DNA from: Octopus vulgaris
Lineage: Eukaryota
Reading direction: 5' to 3'
Length of the DNA stretch: 64,000 nt
NCBI GenBank assembly: GCA_951406725.2
Contig: OX597814.1
Coordinates: 177,630,001-177,694,000, forward strand
Below, piece after piece: positions 26,551-39,913 of the stretch (position 1 is the stretch's first letter; every line of letters starts with the position of its first letter). The position numbers and the translations under genes were made by a program. The notes below the pieces were generated by a model that saw nothing but the letters and a program-made list of their open reading frames with translations, was not told where the DNA came from and made no database searches.

Positions 26551-29484
26551 ATTATACAACTAATTTGATTAATTTGTTAATTTTTTAGTTTAAACCCATT
26601 GGATCAGTTAATTCTATATATTTTATCATGAACGATGTACACTAGCTTCTTGGATTAGTTTTCGATTTAATACACAAAACAATTAGTTCATGTTGGTGAA
26701 GAGGAACAAGGCTTCGGGTCAACCGAAACTGGATTCTGCTTTCGAATTCTGGGGAAAGCCTGTATTCCATTTTACTTATTCTACCACTAAGCTTGTAAAT
26801 GCAAAGATGTAGGAAATCTATTTTTTTGTAATAAAGAAATTATTACATAATAATGTCTATCTATCATCTAAATATACAAACACGCATTCATACATACTTA
26901 CTTATATACATGCATACATACATACATACATACATAATACATACATACATACATACATACATACATACATACATACATACATACATACGTGATTGCACTT
27001 TTCTCTGGTATGATTAGTTATATCTCTTCTGCAGAGAATAAATATTGATCAGGGAGATCTGCTTGGCCTGATATATTAGCTGGTGTCGGATTCAGGAATT
27101 TCCACTATTGACAAATTCTTAGCAGAACCGACAGAGCATTAATCACTTAGTGACGGAACAAACAAATTGTTTCCTACTCTAATATTTTTATGCACGGGAA
27201 ATTATGTAGCAGTTTTGCTTGAGCGGCGTTGCGTTCTTGTAAATTAATATTTATCTCGAAAACATTAATCATAACTATCTACTCATGGAAATAATGTTGT
27301 TGAATGACTTCTTTAATTATCCCGAAGTCATTGAGTACGGCGTAGCATATTTATTACGCTACTGATGAACGTTCTGTTTAAACAAAACTCAGTTCGTTTA
27401 ACTTGAGTGTCAAAGCCAGTATTTTCCATATTCCGTCATCTTTATTGAGATATTTCCCTATGAAATGTAGAAAAATCTCATTGGGTTGATTAGATTACTT
27501 CTAAATTAGCGTAAGTAGAAGGATGTGTTTCATAACGAAGTGAGCAGTAGGGGAAGGACTATGTGATTAACGAATGTTTAGTGAGTTATGTATGAAAGAA
27601 GAACGCTTTGGGGCAAAATGTATCGGAGTATCAGAGCAAGTATCTTAATTTGTATACGTTCACTAATACACTTATTAGTAACATATTTATGAATGTTTAT
27701 TGTTGCTATAAAGCATATCTTCCCGTAATGAGCTAAACATTACTTGTTTCTAATGTATTTATTAGAGCTCTGACAACCATCTTACTTTGAATGGTCCACG
27801 TAATTAACGAAATTAATATTTAAAAAAATGAAGTGCTAATCAAAGGATGAGGTTTATTTGTTTCCATTTTCTGTGAAAATATCTCTAGGAGGAAACTATG
27901 AAAAATACTAACCAGAGTGTGAAATAAAAGATTTTTTTTTTGTTAAAGAGTAAATGTGAATATAATTTTCAAACATGAGAATAAGGACCTAATCGATATT
28001 AAAAGTAGCCAAAACTCTGTTAGTGACTTCCGTGTGCCGGATGCGCCTTTATTTTCTAAAAACTGCGGTTGTTGGTCTATTGCCAAACTACAAACCATCG
28101 AGCTGTATTTCGGTCAGTCGCACACTTAAACAACTTGAATTTAAAGCTGCTTATTTTTGCCCATTAATGCTCGACCTTACATCGGCAATACATTTTAGGA
28201 TGTTCATATACGAGTAAACATTAAAAAGAACAGGTTTGCGATCAAAATAAAAATAAATTACTTCAAATTACTTTTAACATACTAAATACGTTTATAGAGC
28301 CTAAAATACATAAGATTATCTACATTTCATGTTTACTTTCCTCATCCATTTGTTCTCAAGTAGACATACCATCCAGGCCAATTTTTACCTTTCATCCATT
28401 TCTGGACTGCAGTGATATACAACACTACACTCTTCAAGGTATTGGCTAAACGAGTGTTAAAAATAAATATAGTTAATCGATTGTCTGACACATTTAACTT
28501 TTTATTATATAAGCTAAGTTTCATTGAATTACTATCACTAACATTTCCCACAATTCACTTATAAACATTATAAAAAATATAAATTCTCGACTGAAGCATT
28601 TTTTTATTGCAAAACAAAAACCTGTGAAAAATATTCAGTTTCTTAAAAGGAAACATATAGTTCAATAATTCCTATAATAGAATGGTTATATAATTCCGTA
28701 TTAAGTCTGTGGAGAATAAATTATAGTATACACATTTTAGAAGGGTAAAAGATTTTTCTGAACAAAACTTTCAACACAATTTTGAAGAAGACAAGATAGT
28801 ATCGATGCTTAGCCCTGGTGCAGATTTAATTGAGCAAAACAAAACTGAAAGAGTATCTAGCAGTGACTATCACGTGTTTGTGGTGTTTGTTTAATCTTGA
28901 TCACCCCTAATCAAGTAGATCTAAAATGATAAGCATTCGAGCTGTAGCTATCCCATTTCTTTTTAGGGGGTTTGAAATATAAATTGTAATTTATACGTAA
29001 ATTTAATTAGTTGTGATTTATTCATCCTCAAAGTATACTCGCAGCCATTTGATTGTTTAATAAGTTCAGTATTACGTTCATAAAGATGTTCATATATGAA
29101 ATAAATTGGGTCCCACATCTATCTTCAGCATTATTGTAGATAAACATATACAGATACTTGGTTATAATGCTAGTATTCTTGTTAGCATTGCTGCATGTTT
29201 CGATATTGAAAATTGTTATCCCCTTTTGTCTTGTTGCGTTGTAGTTGTTCGTAATGGCTAAGTCGGAGGAAAGGGAGTACAAATAAAATGAGGAAGTGAT
29301 GTGTGAAGAGAAAATGAAAAGGACGATAATCTGTCGACTGTTATTAATGAAGTGTTGTTTTTCTCCAGGCTGCTGGTTGTAATGTTTATTGTTGCTGTTA
29401 ATTGTTGATAGTTCAGTCCTTAATAGATGCAACACCCAAAAGCCGTATTGGCATCTCTTTCTCCATTAATGACAAATCATTTAA

Positions 29485-30660
29485 TGTATGTATGTATGCA
29501 TGCTTGTGTGTGTGTATGTTCTCTTCTGTTTTTAATTATTTGAGATCTTCCTTTGAGGAAGGATCTGGTTCCTAACACAGTTATTAACATCCGTCGTTGG
29601 AATGTAGACTACAAAAATAAATTGACATTTTAGACTCGAGAAAAGTCTTGCAAATTTTTAAAGTGTTCCACGTACAGACGGCATTTGTAATGTGCGCATT
29701 AGCTGGTTGATTTCTTTTCCTTTTTTTTAAAAAAAAAATCTTCGCTTATCCAGATTGTAAATTGGACATTTGCTCACAACACCGAGTGCAGCAATTATGA
29801 TTGATATAAATGTGAATTTATAATCCAAACTTGAGGCTGGAAGTTTCGAAGCAGTTGTCCTTAGTTATCATCTGTCTCTTTGATTTTAGAAGAGATATTC
29901 ACATCAGCAGTGCAGCTGATCGCTAGGACAGTACATATTTTTCATGTCTGTCTCAACGACAGTATTCAATATGTTATGACAGACGTTTTGATGGGAATGT
30001 TTCACCGATATTAGCAGTGTTGATATTTGAGTAAGTATTCAATAACAGGGAGATACTCCATACTTATTTCAGGACAATATTTTGCCTAGTTTTCTTGACA
30101 GAATGGCCAGATATCAGATTCACAATTTACAGAAATCTGTTTTGAGTTAATATTAATTTGTATTCCGAGGTTATCTCTCTTGGGATACTGTAGACAGAGT
30201 TAATCCTTAAGATAATAAATTTCCTCTCCGCTTTCTAGATGGCAATTAAATCGTTGATAATTTAATGATTCACTGATTTTTGCATCAGTTTCCAATAATA
30301 CTTTATTAGTTTTCATCTGTTCACAGGAGATTAAGGGCTGCATTATCAAAAATAGTGCTGCGTATTCTACAATTATTGAAAAATATATTGGATAATACAC
30401 TCCTAGAAAAACTCCTCATTTGAAAGAGTCTGTGACAGACTGCATTTTCGAAAGTTTCTTTCACTTTTAAGACACTATAGTGCGATAATTCAAGGTTAGT
30501 ATACAGTCTCTCTTTGATTCGTTTTCATATAGTACATCAAAAATAGTGAATCCGACACCTTTGGCTTTTTTCCTGGTATGTAGAATTCGCAACTTAGTCT
30601 TGCATTTATTTTTTTGGATCAGATTTATTCCGTGCAGCCGATCGATCAGTCATTGAGAAA
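29485..30660 (-). mobile_element. Degenerate REL-endonuclease non-LTR retrotransposon related to 25281-25870
   Basis: Minus-strand NIPIKTS...DRHEKICTVLAISCTADVNISSKIKETDDN*GQLLRNFQ...DYKFTFISIIIAALGVVSKC; similar 3' UTR running into (CATA)n/(CA)n. Confidence 0.7.
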
Positions 30661-31958
30661 ATGGTAGAAATGGTAAATATTCAAGCACATTTGACTTGTT
30701 TTGAATCAGTTAATGAAAAACAGTGTTTGCAAAAGTCGCAGAAATAATATTTCATTCGAAAGGATGATGTTTTTAAGAAAGAAGTAATGTAAGAGAACGG
30801 AAACTTCAATCGCAGTGTAGTTAAGCATGTTCTTATGACGCTATGAAATCCAGCACTATATGGGTGAGTTGTAATAAGACTTGCTTTATGCTTCAAAAGT
30901 TGCAATTATTGCGTGATAAAGACATTATTTATTAGTTAGAAAGTAGAAGAGATTGATTCGATATATCTATCTAGAATCATTGTCCATACAAAGTATTCAT
31001 ATATCATAACTCAAAACTCTAGGGAAGTTTTGATAATGATTTATGATGCAAAAATAAACAAAATTTTCCTTCTCAAAGGATATAATAATTTTCCAGAATC
31101 TTGCAGCTTCCTTTTCGTATGATTATAAAATACTGCTATGCATTTATGTAATTCCGTTTAATGTAGCATGTTTGTTATTATATCTGCTCACCAAGACTTT
31201 TTTATGAGAAATACTGCCAGACTAGAGAACATAAAAGTCTTCTAGTGACTGGCTCTGGACTGTGTCTCAATAGTTTATCAGTGTCAATAAACATCATAAA
31301 CTACTGATGAAATATTTAAAATATAGTTTTTACAAAATCGCAAAAGCAACATCAGCAATAAACGTCAAGAGCAGCAGCCTGAAAAAAAAGCACAAAGCAA
31401 AAAAGCAAAACTAAACACACCGACAACAGTAGACAGATTATCATTAATTTTCGTCTTCCTTCTACACTCTATTATCTCCTTCAACCTCCTCCCCGGCATC
31501 ATGATCATTTTTACACCGACCACGACGACGCCCACGACCAAAACAACCACCGCCGCCGTCACCAGTAGCACACCACCATCAACAGCACCAACAACAATAT
31601 AGGAACAATATAAAGGAGAAAAAAATGATTTAAAATATGGAAACGAGGAGCTATACCAAGAGGTATCACATTATACTAAGCAACAGAGTGTATATTGTTC
31701 ATATTGTAAAGTAGTGTTGAAGATAATGGAAGCCAAAATATTTTAGGAGTAGATAGAAACCAGAAACCTATAAGCAAATGGGAAAATAGATGCTAATAAA
31801 CAGAAATTAGTAAATAAATTACTATTAATTAAATTTACATTCATAATAACGAGGAAAAAATCAGTATCTTAAAGTGTAATTGTAGCCTAGGTGAGGCAAC
31901 CCATAAATATAGACCAAAATTACTCTAACTGAGGTATCTATTATTTATACATATATTT

Positions 31959-32290
31959 AAATATATAAATATATTCACATGTACATATACACACACACAC
32001 AAGCACATACACAAACACACACGAACGCATATACGCATATAAATATATAAATATATTCACACATACATATACACACACAAACACACACACAAGCACATAC
32101 ACAAACACACATGAAAGCATATACGCATATAAATATATAAGTATATTCACACGTACTTATACACACACAAACACACACACATGCACATACACAAACACAC
32201 ACGAACGAATATACGCATATAAATATATAAATATATTCACATGTACATATACACACACAAACACAGACACACACGATCGCATATACGCGC
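31959..32290. repeat. ~90-bp minisatellite, ~3.7 copies
   Basis: Unit aaatatataaatatattcac...atatacgcatat starts at 31959, 32041, 32131 and 32221. Confidence 0.9.
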
Positions 32291-32787
32291 ATTATATGTA
32301 TAAATGAAGTATATATAACTATATATTTACATATGCATAAATATATACACACACATATATATACTCATGTACCACTCAGGCATATATATTAGAAACCATG
32401 TAGGATAATCATACATATATGTGTGTATATACACATGTGTGTGTGTATATATACATGAATGTTTGTGTGTGGAAAAGAACTAGATGGGACCATATGAATA
32501 TTAGCAAAAATGTCCAATGAGAACGTTTGGCAGAAGCAAACACGATTTTCTGATCGATAAAAAATACTTAGGTAATATCCGCAAATCCAGCTTGAGTACA
32601 TTGACTGCCGAACGCTAATATAGCGACGGTAACATGTTTTCTTATTGTAGTTTTTTAAAATCAATAAACTACATTTTATTGTGTTGTTTTGTGTAGTCTG
32701 CGCTTTGTAGCTCATAGATATATATGTTTATTGATTCTTATATACACATAAACAAAGACACATGAACACTTTCAAATACAGACATCG

Positions 32788-32831
<44 letters not shown>

Positions 32832-32886
32832 TTTATATATGCTGATATATATATATATCTTACACATACTTATATACATATGCATT

Positions 32887-32939
<53 letters not shown>

Positions 32940-33015
32940 CATTACATATACATTATATATACTTATATATATGTGCATTATATATACTGATATTTATATA
33001 TACAATACATATACT

Positions 33016-33050
<35 letters not shown>

Positions 33051-33100
33051 TTATATATATGTACATTATATATACATATAAATAAATATACATTATACAT

Positions 33101-33390
33101 ATAACTTAGATAACTTAGATTGGTTTCGGCGATTATCGGCCCAGGCCATGTCTAACTCAATAGCATCACCTGGAAAAGTCTTTTAGTTAATTATTTCGGG
33201 ACACAATGGAACACTCGAGCAGAGAGCTGTTGGTTGAGGCGTATACAGGTGTAGGTGGTTTATCCGGTATTTCCTGGAGGAATTTGTCCAGGTATCGTTT
33301 GAAAGTTGTGGGGTCGTGTTCTACTTTAATTTCGTTTGGGATAACATTGAAAAGTGACGGACCATTTGCAGTGAAGAAATTGTGTCACAT
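33101..33390 (-). mobile_element. 3' end of a CR1-group LINE
   Basis: HNFFTANGPSLFNVIPNEIKVEHDPTTFKRYLDKFLQEIPDKPPTPVYASTNSSLLEC...*, short 3' UTR and tandem tail (atctaagtt)2. Confidence 0.8.
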
Positions 33391-34802
33391 TTTTTTGTGA
33401 TGTGATCTCGACCTTCGTAGGGGATGTATATATAAATATAAATACAAAATGGGACAAGAACGCAAAACATCCAGAAGACGATACAAAAAACACTTTCTCT
33501 CTCTCCCCCTCTCTCTCTGTCTATATATATATATATAATATTATATACATACTTATATATTATATGAATACTTATATATTGCTTGGTAACTTATGTTGGT
33601 GTATTTACGTCGCCGTAACTTAGCTGTTCTGCAACACGACCGATAGAATAAGTACTAGGCTTATAAAAATAAGTCTTGGGGGGTCGATTTGTCGCAGTAA
33701 AATGTTTGAAACAAGTAAAAGAATTTTTTTTAAATGATAACGAATTTACTTGAGACACTTGAAGTACTGAAGCGAGCAAGGCTGTCGGGTTCTTTAAATA
33801 TATTATCAGTTGCTCAGTTGGTAGTTGGACTTCATTTCGATGTGATAACTTGCTAACTGGATTGCATTCGTCAGGTAGCATTTAGATATTCTTTTGCTAC
33901 GACAGTTATTAGTACTATATAACTTCCTTAACAACACAGAAAATGAAACAAAATACAGGCTTTCTTCTGGGAGATTAAAATTTGCGGGTTCCTCGCTAAT
34001 TAATTGAAAATGTTAGAACAATTAATCGGGCGGGGTTACAGTAAATGAACGTAATATATTTGCGATACTGATGCAGCCACTTCGGGTTATGAAGGGCAAA
34101 ATGAATCTCGGTGTTTTACAAACTACTTTAAAATCGAGCACTCTAAATATAACATGCGGCTCTACTATTTATGAATATCCAACCGTTTAAAATACTTTCT
34201 GTAAAAAAAAAAAAAAAAAATTCATGGAAAAAAATTCCATGAAAAATATACTTCATAAAAAACACAACTATTTAATGAACGCATATGAAGTGGAATATGC
34301 ACACTTTATCAACAAATGCTTTACTTCTCTTTAAAATCAGTTTTAGTTTACTTTTCCTCTCTTTTATTTAGTTCAGTAACGTTTATTTGTCAATATATTT
34401 CAATCCAATTATAGACCTCACGTATTTCCCACAAAAAAAAAATAATAATAAATAAATAAAAAATGAAAAGGAAAAGCAATATGCTAAGGAGCAAGAAAAA
34501 CAACAGCAACACCCTCCTTGAATAACATCGGTAAATAAATAGAGTAAATGAACGGAACTTTTCAATAATTGTTGGCAATTGAGAACAGGTATGTTTAATA
34601 TACGTGACTTGAAGTATAATTGTACAATACCAATTACTTAACGAAATCGTTTATAGCAACTGTGTTGTATGTTCAAAGCACATTATACAATTACGCAACG
34701 CATTTTGTCTTAATAATATAAACTCTTATTCACAATTTGAACATAATATCATAACTTCACAACTATTTAAAGAATGTTTTCCCCGTTGGTTTTCATTTTG
34801 AA

Positions 34803-35068
34803 TCTTCTTCTTCATCTACTACTCCTTTTTCTTCTTCTTCTTCTTCTTCTTCTTCTTCTTCTTCTTCTTCTTCTTCTTCTTCTTCTTCTTCATCTACTTC
34901 TTCTTCATCATCATCATCATCTACTTCTTCATCATCATCATCTACTTCTTCTTCTTCATCATCATCTACTTCTTCATCTTCTTCTTCTTCATCATCATCA
35001 TCTACTTCTTTTCATCATCATCATCATCTACTTCTTCTTCATCATCATCATCATCATCTACTTCTTCT
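34803..35068. repeat. (CTT)n/(CAT)n compound microsatellite
   Basis: Seen directly. Confidence 0.95.
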
Positions 35069-35095
35069 AATTACTAGTAATACTACTAATATTAA

Positions 35096-35628
35096 ATGCC
35101 CTGATGCAGTACCAGGCAGTGGCTCTCATTGCTTCTCATCTTTACTGATTGGAAGTGTTATTGTTTTGTCATGGTATAACAGATGGGCTACAGCAAATAT
35201 TCTGCTCAATACCACAGATTTGTTTGTCAGTTGTTTGATCTTAACCAGTTGGGCATATCCCTTAGTGGCTGACGATATGTGCATCTCTGATCCTGAGCAG
35301 AAGTAGTGGGGGAGCATCATAGCCATGTGTGGTGTTTGAATAATTCATCTCTGGAAACATGGGTGTTCCGTTCAATATGCTTAAACAACCCTTATTCAGG
35401 GACCTTTTGAACGGGATGGGTTACTCAACCAGAAGAAAATTCTCACTGGGCCCCACCTGCAAGGTCATGCGCTGTTTATCTTGATATGAGATCACCATGT
35501 CGTGCACATATGGTGGTAATGCATGTGCCTAGTGTATCCTTATCAGACTGGTAGTCATGATGGGTATACTGGGCTTCGTATATTTTTACCCCAGTGTCAC
35601 TTTAATGGCATGCATTACTCTCTCATTC

Positions 35629-35700
<72 letters not shown>
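35096..35700. mobile_element. Second copy of the ~555-bp repeat followed by (TAA)n
   Basis: Collinear with 11910-12468 apart from small deletions; (TAA)n at 35630-35700. Confidence 0.85.
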
Positions 35701-35794
35701 TTCTACTATAGGCACAAGGAACCAAAAGTAAGATGAAAATATAAAAAAAATGAGATACAACATAGAAAACAAGTAGTGTTTCTATCGATCAAGC

Positions 35795-36490
35795 GTAAAC
35801 ACAGCAATATTAGAAGATATAACAAAAGGATATATGAATAGAAAATAGAAAAATAAATAATTAATAAACAGAATCTTCAATAGCGGAGTAGTCCACTTAA
35901 AGTAATTCCAGAGTAAATCCAGCACAAAATGTCCCTTATTACTCTGCCATCTCCAAGCCGTGGGAAGTACCATCTTCCAAGTTCTTTCCTCCTACATAGA
36001 AAAACTTACTCAGCGCAGATTCATTCAACCTCACAAGTTTTATCAGTCTCGTCCACCTTTTGATATACACACTTGAAGGCAGTACCTCCTTGCCTACCGT
36101 CACATTCCCTTTCAAATGATATTTGAAGAAATTGAGGGCATCTTGGTCAGAAAGGAAAGTAACAGTCTACAAGCATTTCAGATGGGTTCGTCGCACAGCC
36201 TCTTTTGCCACAGCCACTAAACAGAGAATGATTTCCCACCCGTTGCTATAGCAGGTGGCGCATTGATCTTAGCTATACATTCAGCGGACAGCAAGGTTCG
36301 TCTTATACGAGATAGAAATTACTCAACACGATGCCACAAGTCTCAAATGCACGGATATTGATCGATTGCATGCATCTTGGACAGGTTTAACTGTTGGCAT
36401 TTCCATGCCTGACGAGCTTGTCTCAAACAGGCAATGTCCACGTATAGCACTGCCATGCCTAAGTCTTTGGAAATTGTCAAACGAATACTC
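35795..36490 (-). mobile_element. 3' fragment of a Tx1/L1-group LINE ORF2 (zf-RVT region and C-terminus)
   Basis: Minus frames DNFQ...AWQCYTWTLPV*DKLVRHGNANS*TCPRC...DLWHRVE...ILCLVAVAKEAV...NFFKYHLKG...VYIKRW. Confidence 0.75.
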
Positions 36491-36849
36491 AAGATCAAAG
36501 AAGCGAAAAACAAAACAATCAATCAATTAGCAACAACTTAGAACTGCACATGAAAACGTATATTCTAACAGCTTAAAAATCTTTAAGTGTAATAAATATT
36601 ATAAGAGACCCTAGTTGTTTCCAGAAGAGTTCAGGGGGGTCTTGAAAATGCTTACATTGATGTGGATTTCAATAGTAGCCTGAAGTAGGTACAATGAAAT
36701 TAGTTTCATTGCTGCAGACATTATTCGGATTTGTTACAGAATTAAATGTGAAATTCGGAAGAAAAAAAATCAAGTCAAACTTGGAGAGAGACTAATTAAT
36801 TAAGAACATTAATATTATACTTTAGTTAAACTAACATAAATAAGAAAGG

Positions 36850-37450
36850 TAGAAAAACAAACTTATTTGAGAAATGGACAGAATACAACTAAAAAATAAT
36901 GAAAGGAAACTGATGAAAAGATTATTATGGATGTGATAGAATAATATTAAGAACAAAGTTTACAGATAAAAACAAGTATTATAACAGGCGTATAAAATAT
37001 ACCATATAAAATCATACAGAAAGATTATATTTATCACAAATGTAGAGTGAGAGAGGCCTTAGGCCACTCGAATACCTTTGCATATATTAAAGAATAGTTA
37101 TTGAAAAATCTACAATATACGAACAAGGCATCCTTTCCTGTTCCCAGGAAACTAACAAATACGAAACAAACACTGACATGATAAACTTTTGAGAGAAAAA
37201 GCAGATGCTACAGAAATTGCAGAAATGTAAAGATGTATGCTATAATCAGGGTCAGAGCAAGCTATGTCGATATAATGATAAGGAAAAGAAGCTTTATAGG
37301 ACCGACGGATAAAAAAGTTGATCAAGACGGAAGTATGCGAAGGTTACAGAAGAATACAGCTGATTCTTTATTATTGATTATTGCACAAATGAGACTACAG
37401 AAAATGAGTAATAGAGTAAAATACATTTAGTAATTACAGAATATGAGGAT
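36850..37450 (+). mobile_element. Possible very old RTE-like reverse transcriptase remnant
   Basis: Purine-rich, with ILRIVIEKS and HDKL-like peptides in broken frames; weak. Confidence 0.3.
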
Positions 37451-37614
37451 GTTGGGGGAAAAATGAATCTGTACTCATGACTGAGTTTGAGATTTTCATA
37501 CCAGGAAGTTATTCCAAAATCGTGAAACTCCCAAGAAGTGACGGTATAAACATACACCAGAAAACGTGTCATACGATGAGAAAACAATCATATACGGTGG
37601 TATGTTAAGCAACA

Positions 37615-37797
37615 GGCGCAGGCGTGGCTGTGTGGTAAGAAGTCTGCATACAACTAGATGGTTCCGGGTACAGTCCCGCCGCATAACACCTTGAGCAAGT
37701 AACTGTTTTCCACTATAGCCGCGAGCCAACTGAAGTCTTGTGACTGGATTTGGTTGACGGATACGGAAAGAAACTCATTGTGTGTTTGTGTGTGCGA

Positions 37798-37805
<8 letters not shown>
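37615..37805 (+). mobile_element. SINE family A 5' half
   Basis: ggcgcaggcgtggctgtgtggtaag...ggttccgggtacagtccc...ggatttggttgacgga. Confidence 0.8.
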
Positions 37806-37843
<38 letters not shown>

Positions 37844-37892
37844 GCTTTATATTCACGACAATAAATGCATATGTATCTCAGTCTGTCTTTCA

Positions 37893-37967
<75 letters not shown>

Positions 37968-39875
37968 TATATATGTATGTATAGGTATGTATGTATGTAT
38001 GTGTAATTACGTAAAATCATATTTAAAACACTCGAAAATTAAACTGAGGTATCACTCAACACTTTTTAATAGTATATCATATATATTTACTTCTTCAAGG
38101 TACAATTCTGACAGTAACTTCGATGTTTCTGCGTATACATACATACATGCATGCGTGTGTGTGTTTAGTCAGACTCATCAGCAGGCACACGCAGGTCTTT
38201 ACCATTTCCACTTAAAGTCAATCCAGGATACACTTTTGCCTCACACTCGTATAATCGCAATGTGTGACATCCCCTTTGATTTGCTTGCATACTAAACACT
38301 TGAAGATTCACCTCTCAAACGGCTTTGGTGCTTTTTCTGGGGTGGGTGGCATTGTTACATGTAAAACAATGGACAAATGAACTAACAACGCAATAACTGA
38401 ACATTAACAACACACACAGCATTGCTCAAGATATCACTATTCTGAAGTCACAATATTTTCAGAAATGCTTTGAGTGTTACCACATCCTCTCAGGCTTACA
38501 AAAGCAGAAAAAAATTTGGACACTGAGAGATGTGGATAAAAATGTGTCTCTGAATTCTAAAGTGCAATGCTTCCTCTTGCCTTCTCCATCATCTGCCATC
38601 TCACTTTCTATTTCTACATTTTCTTTTCTTCAGATACATCAGTAGTTGATTTAAGCATTGCACTGATAAAATGGTTAAAGACGGCAGGGAAATGTATTGA
38701 GAACGAGGGATTATTATTATTTTTTATCTTCACACCGAACAGTGAAATCAGGCGGAAGATTACGTTAATGAAAATTTAGCTATTCACACTCACTCCCTTC
38801 AGGCCTTTTTCTTCTTCGTCTTTACGTTATTTTATTATCTCAAAACGAAAGAAAAGAAAGAGTTTGTATTTCATGTTGGAACGCTGATATTTAAAAGAAT
38901 ATCAGTAGTAAGGAAAGAAAAACTGTGTAAAAAATATATATAAAGTCAAAGAAACGAGATACCACTTTCAAAGCTTTTAAAATTGACTGAACTTTTTATG
39001 TGTTATTCAGTGAATGTATGGAACTGGAGTATAAATTAGAGAAAATATTAATCCTTCTGAAATTATACGTTCGTCAGTCTGTTTTCACAGTATAATGTTA
39101 TTTAGTGTTTGTTTATCTTCTTTCTGATTTTGGCTCGCTTTTTTTTAAAAAACTTTATCTAAGTTGTTAGAGACATCCTTTAGTAGATTTAAACTGCTCT
39201 GTTATGGCCATAGATTAAGTTAATCTTCGTGACAATAGGAAAAGGATATTCGAATAAATAAATTTATCAGTAGGTCTTTTTATAACATTTCAGTCTATAT
39301 TTTGTTGCTCGTATTATAAAATCAGTCCAGAACTTTCATTTGTGTTCGACGGTCGGCCAATATAACCAACATTTTCCCCCCTATTTCCAACAAAGTAGAA
39401 TAGTTAATGAAACAACCAAATAGGATTAACTAATTCAGGCCAAAATATAACGCTAAATTGTGCTTCGTCAAAAGGTAGACATTTTTAAATAACTATACCA
39501 GCGATGATGAAATAGAAAGTAAAAGAAACAAACAGTACAAAGCTAAACAAATAGGTGTCTACTACTGATGTATTTGTATCGGATGGGGTGCTGACTAGTA
39601 GTGTGATGGGAACAAAGCCAGATACTGAGAGAATCAAGGCTGAAAATATAATTACTTGTGTTTTAAAAGAAAGGCTGCGACACTGTTTCATTTTATATCT
39701 GCTCTGTACTACATAATAAACCTTTCCCAACTGTGCTGCAAGGCAATCAACAAACATAGTATGTGTGTTAAAAGTTAGTGGCTTCCAATGAAGTATTGTT
39801 ATTAGATATTAAAGCTCGGTCGAAGTATTGGTTTATTTGCAAAAGACAAAAAAGAGAAAAAAGATTAACACACAC

Positions 39876-39913
<38 letters not shown>

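Noticed and set aside
28364-28438. Apparent 75-nt in-frame exon (ag|ACATAC...AAG|gtattg)
   Set aside because: Weak donor, and the core ttttacctttcatcc matches a decayed SINE family B
34221-34243. Perfect 9-bp hairpin after poly(A)
   Set aside because: Short and AT-rich; expected by chance, no family context
34774-35070. Leu/His-rich ORF
   Set aside because: (CTT)n/(CAT)n repeat
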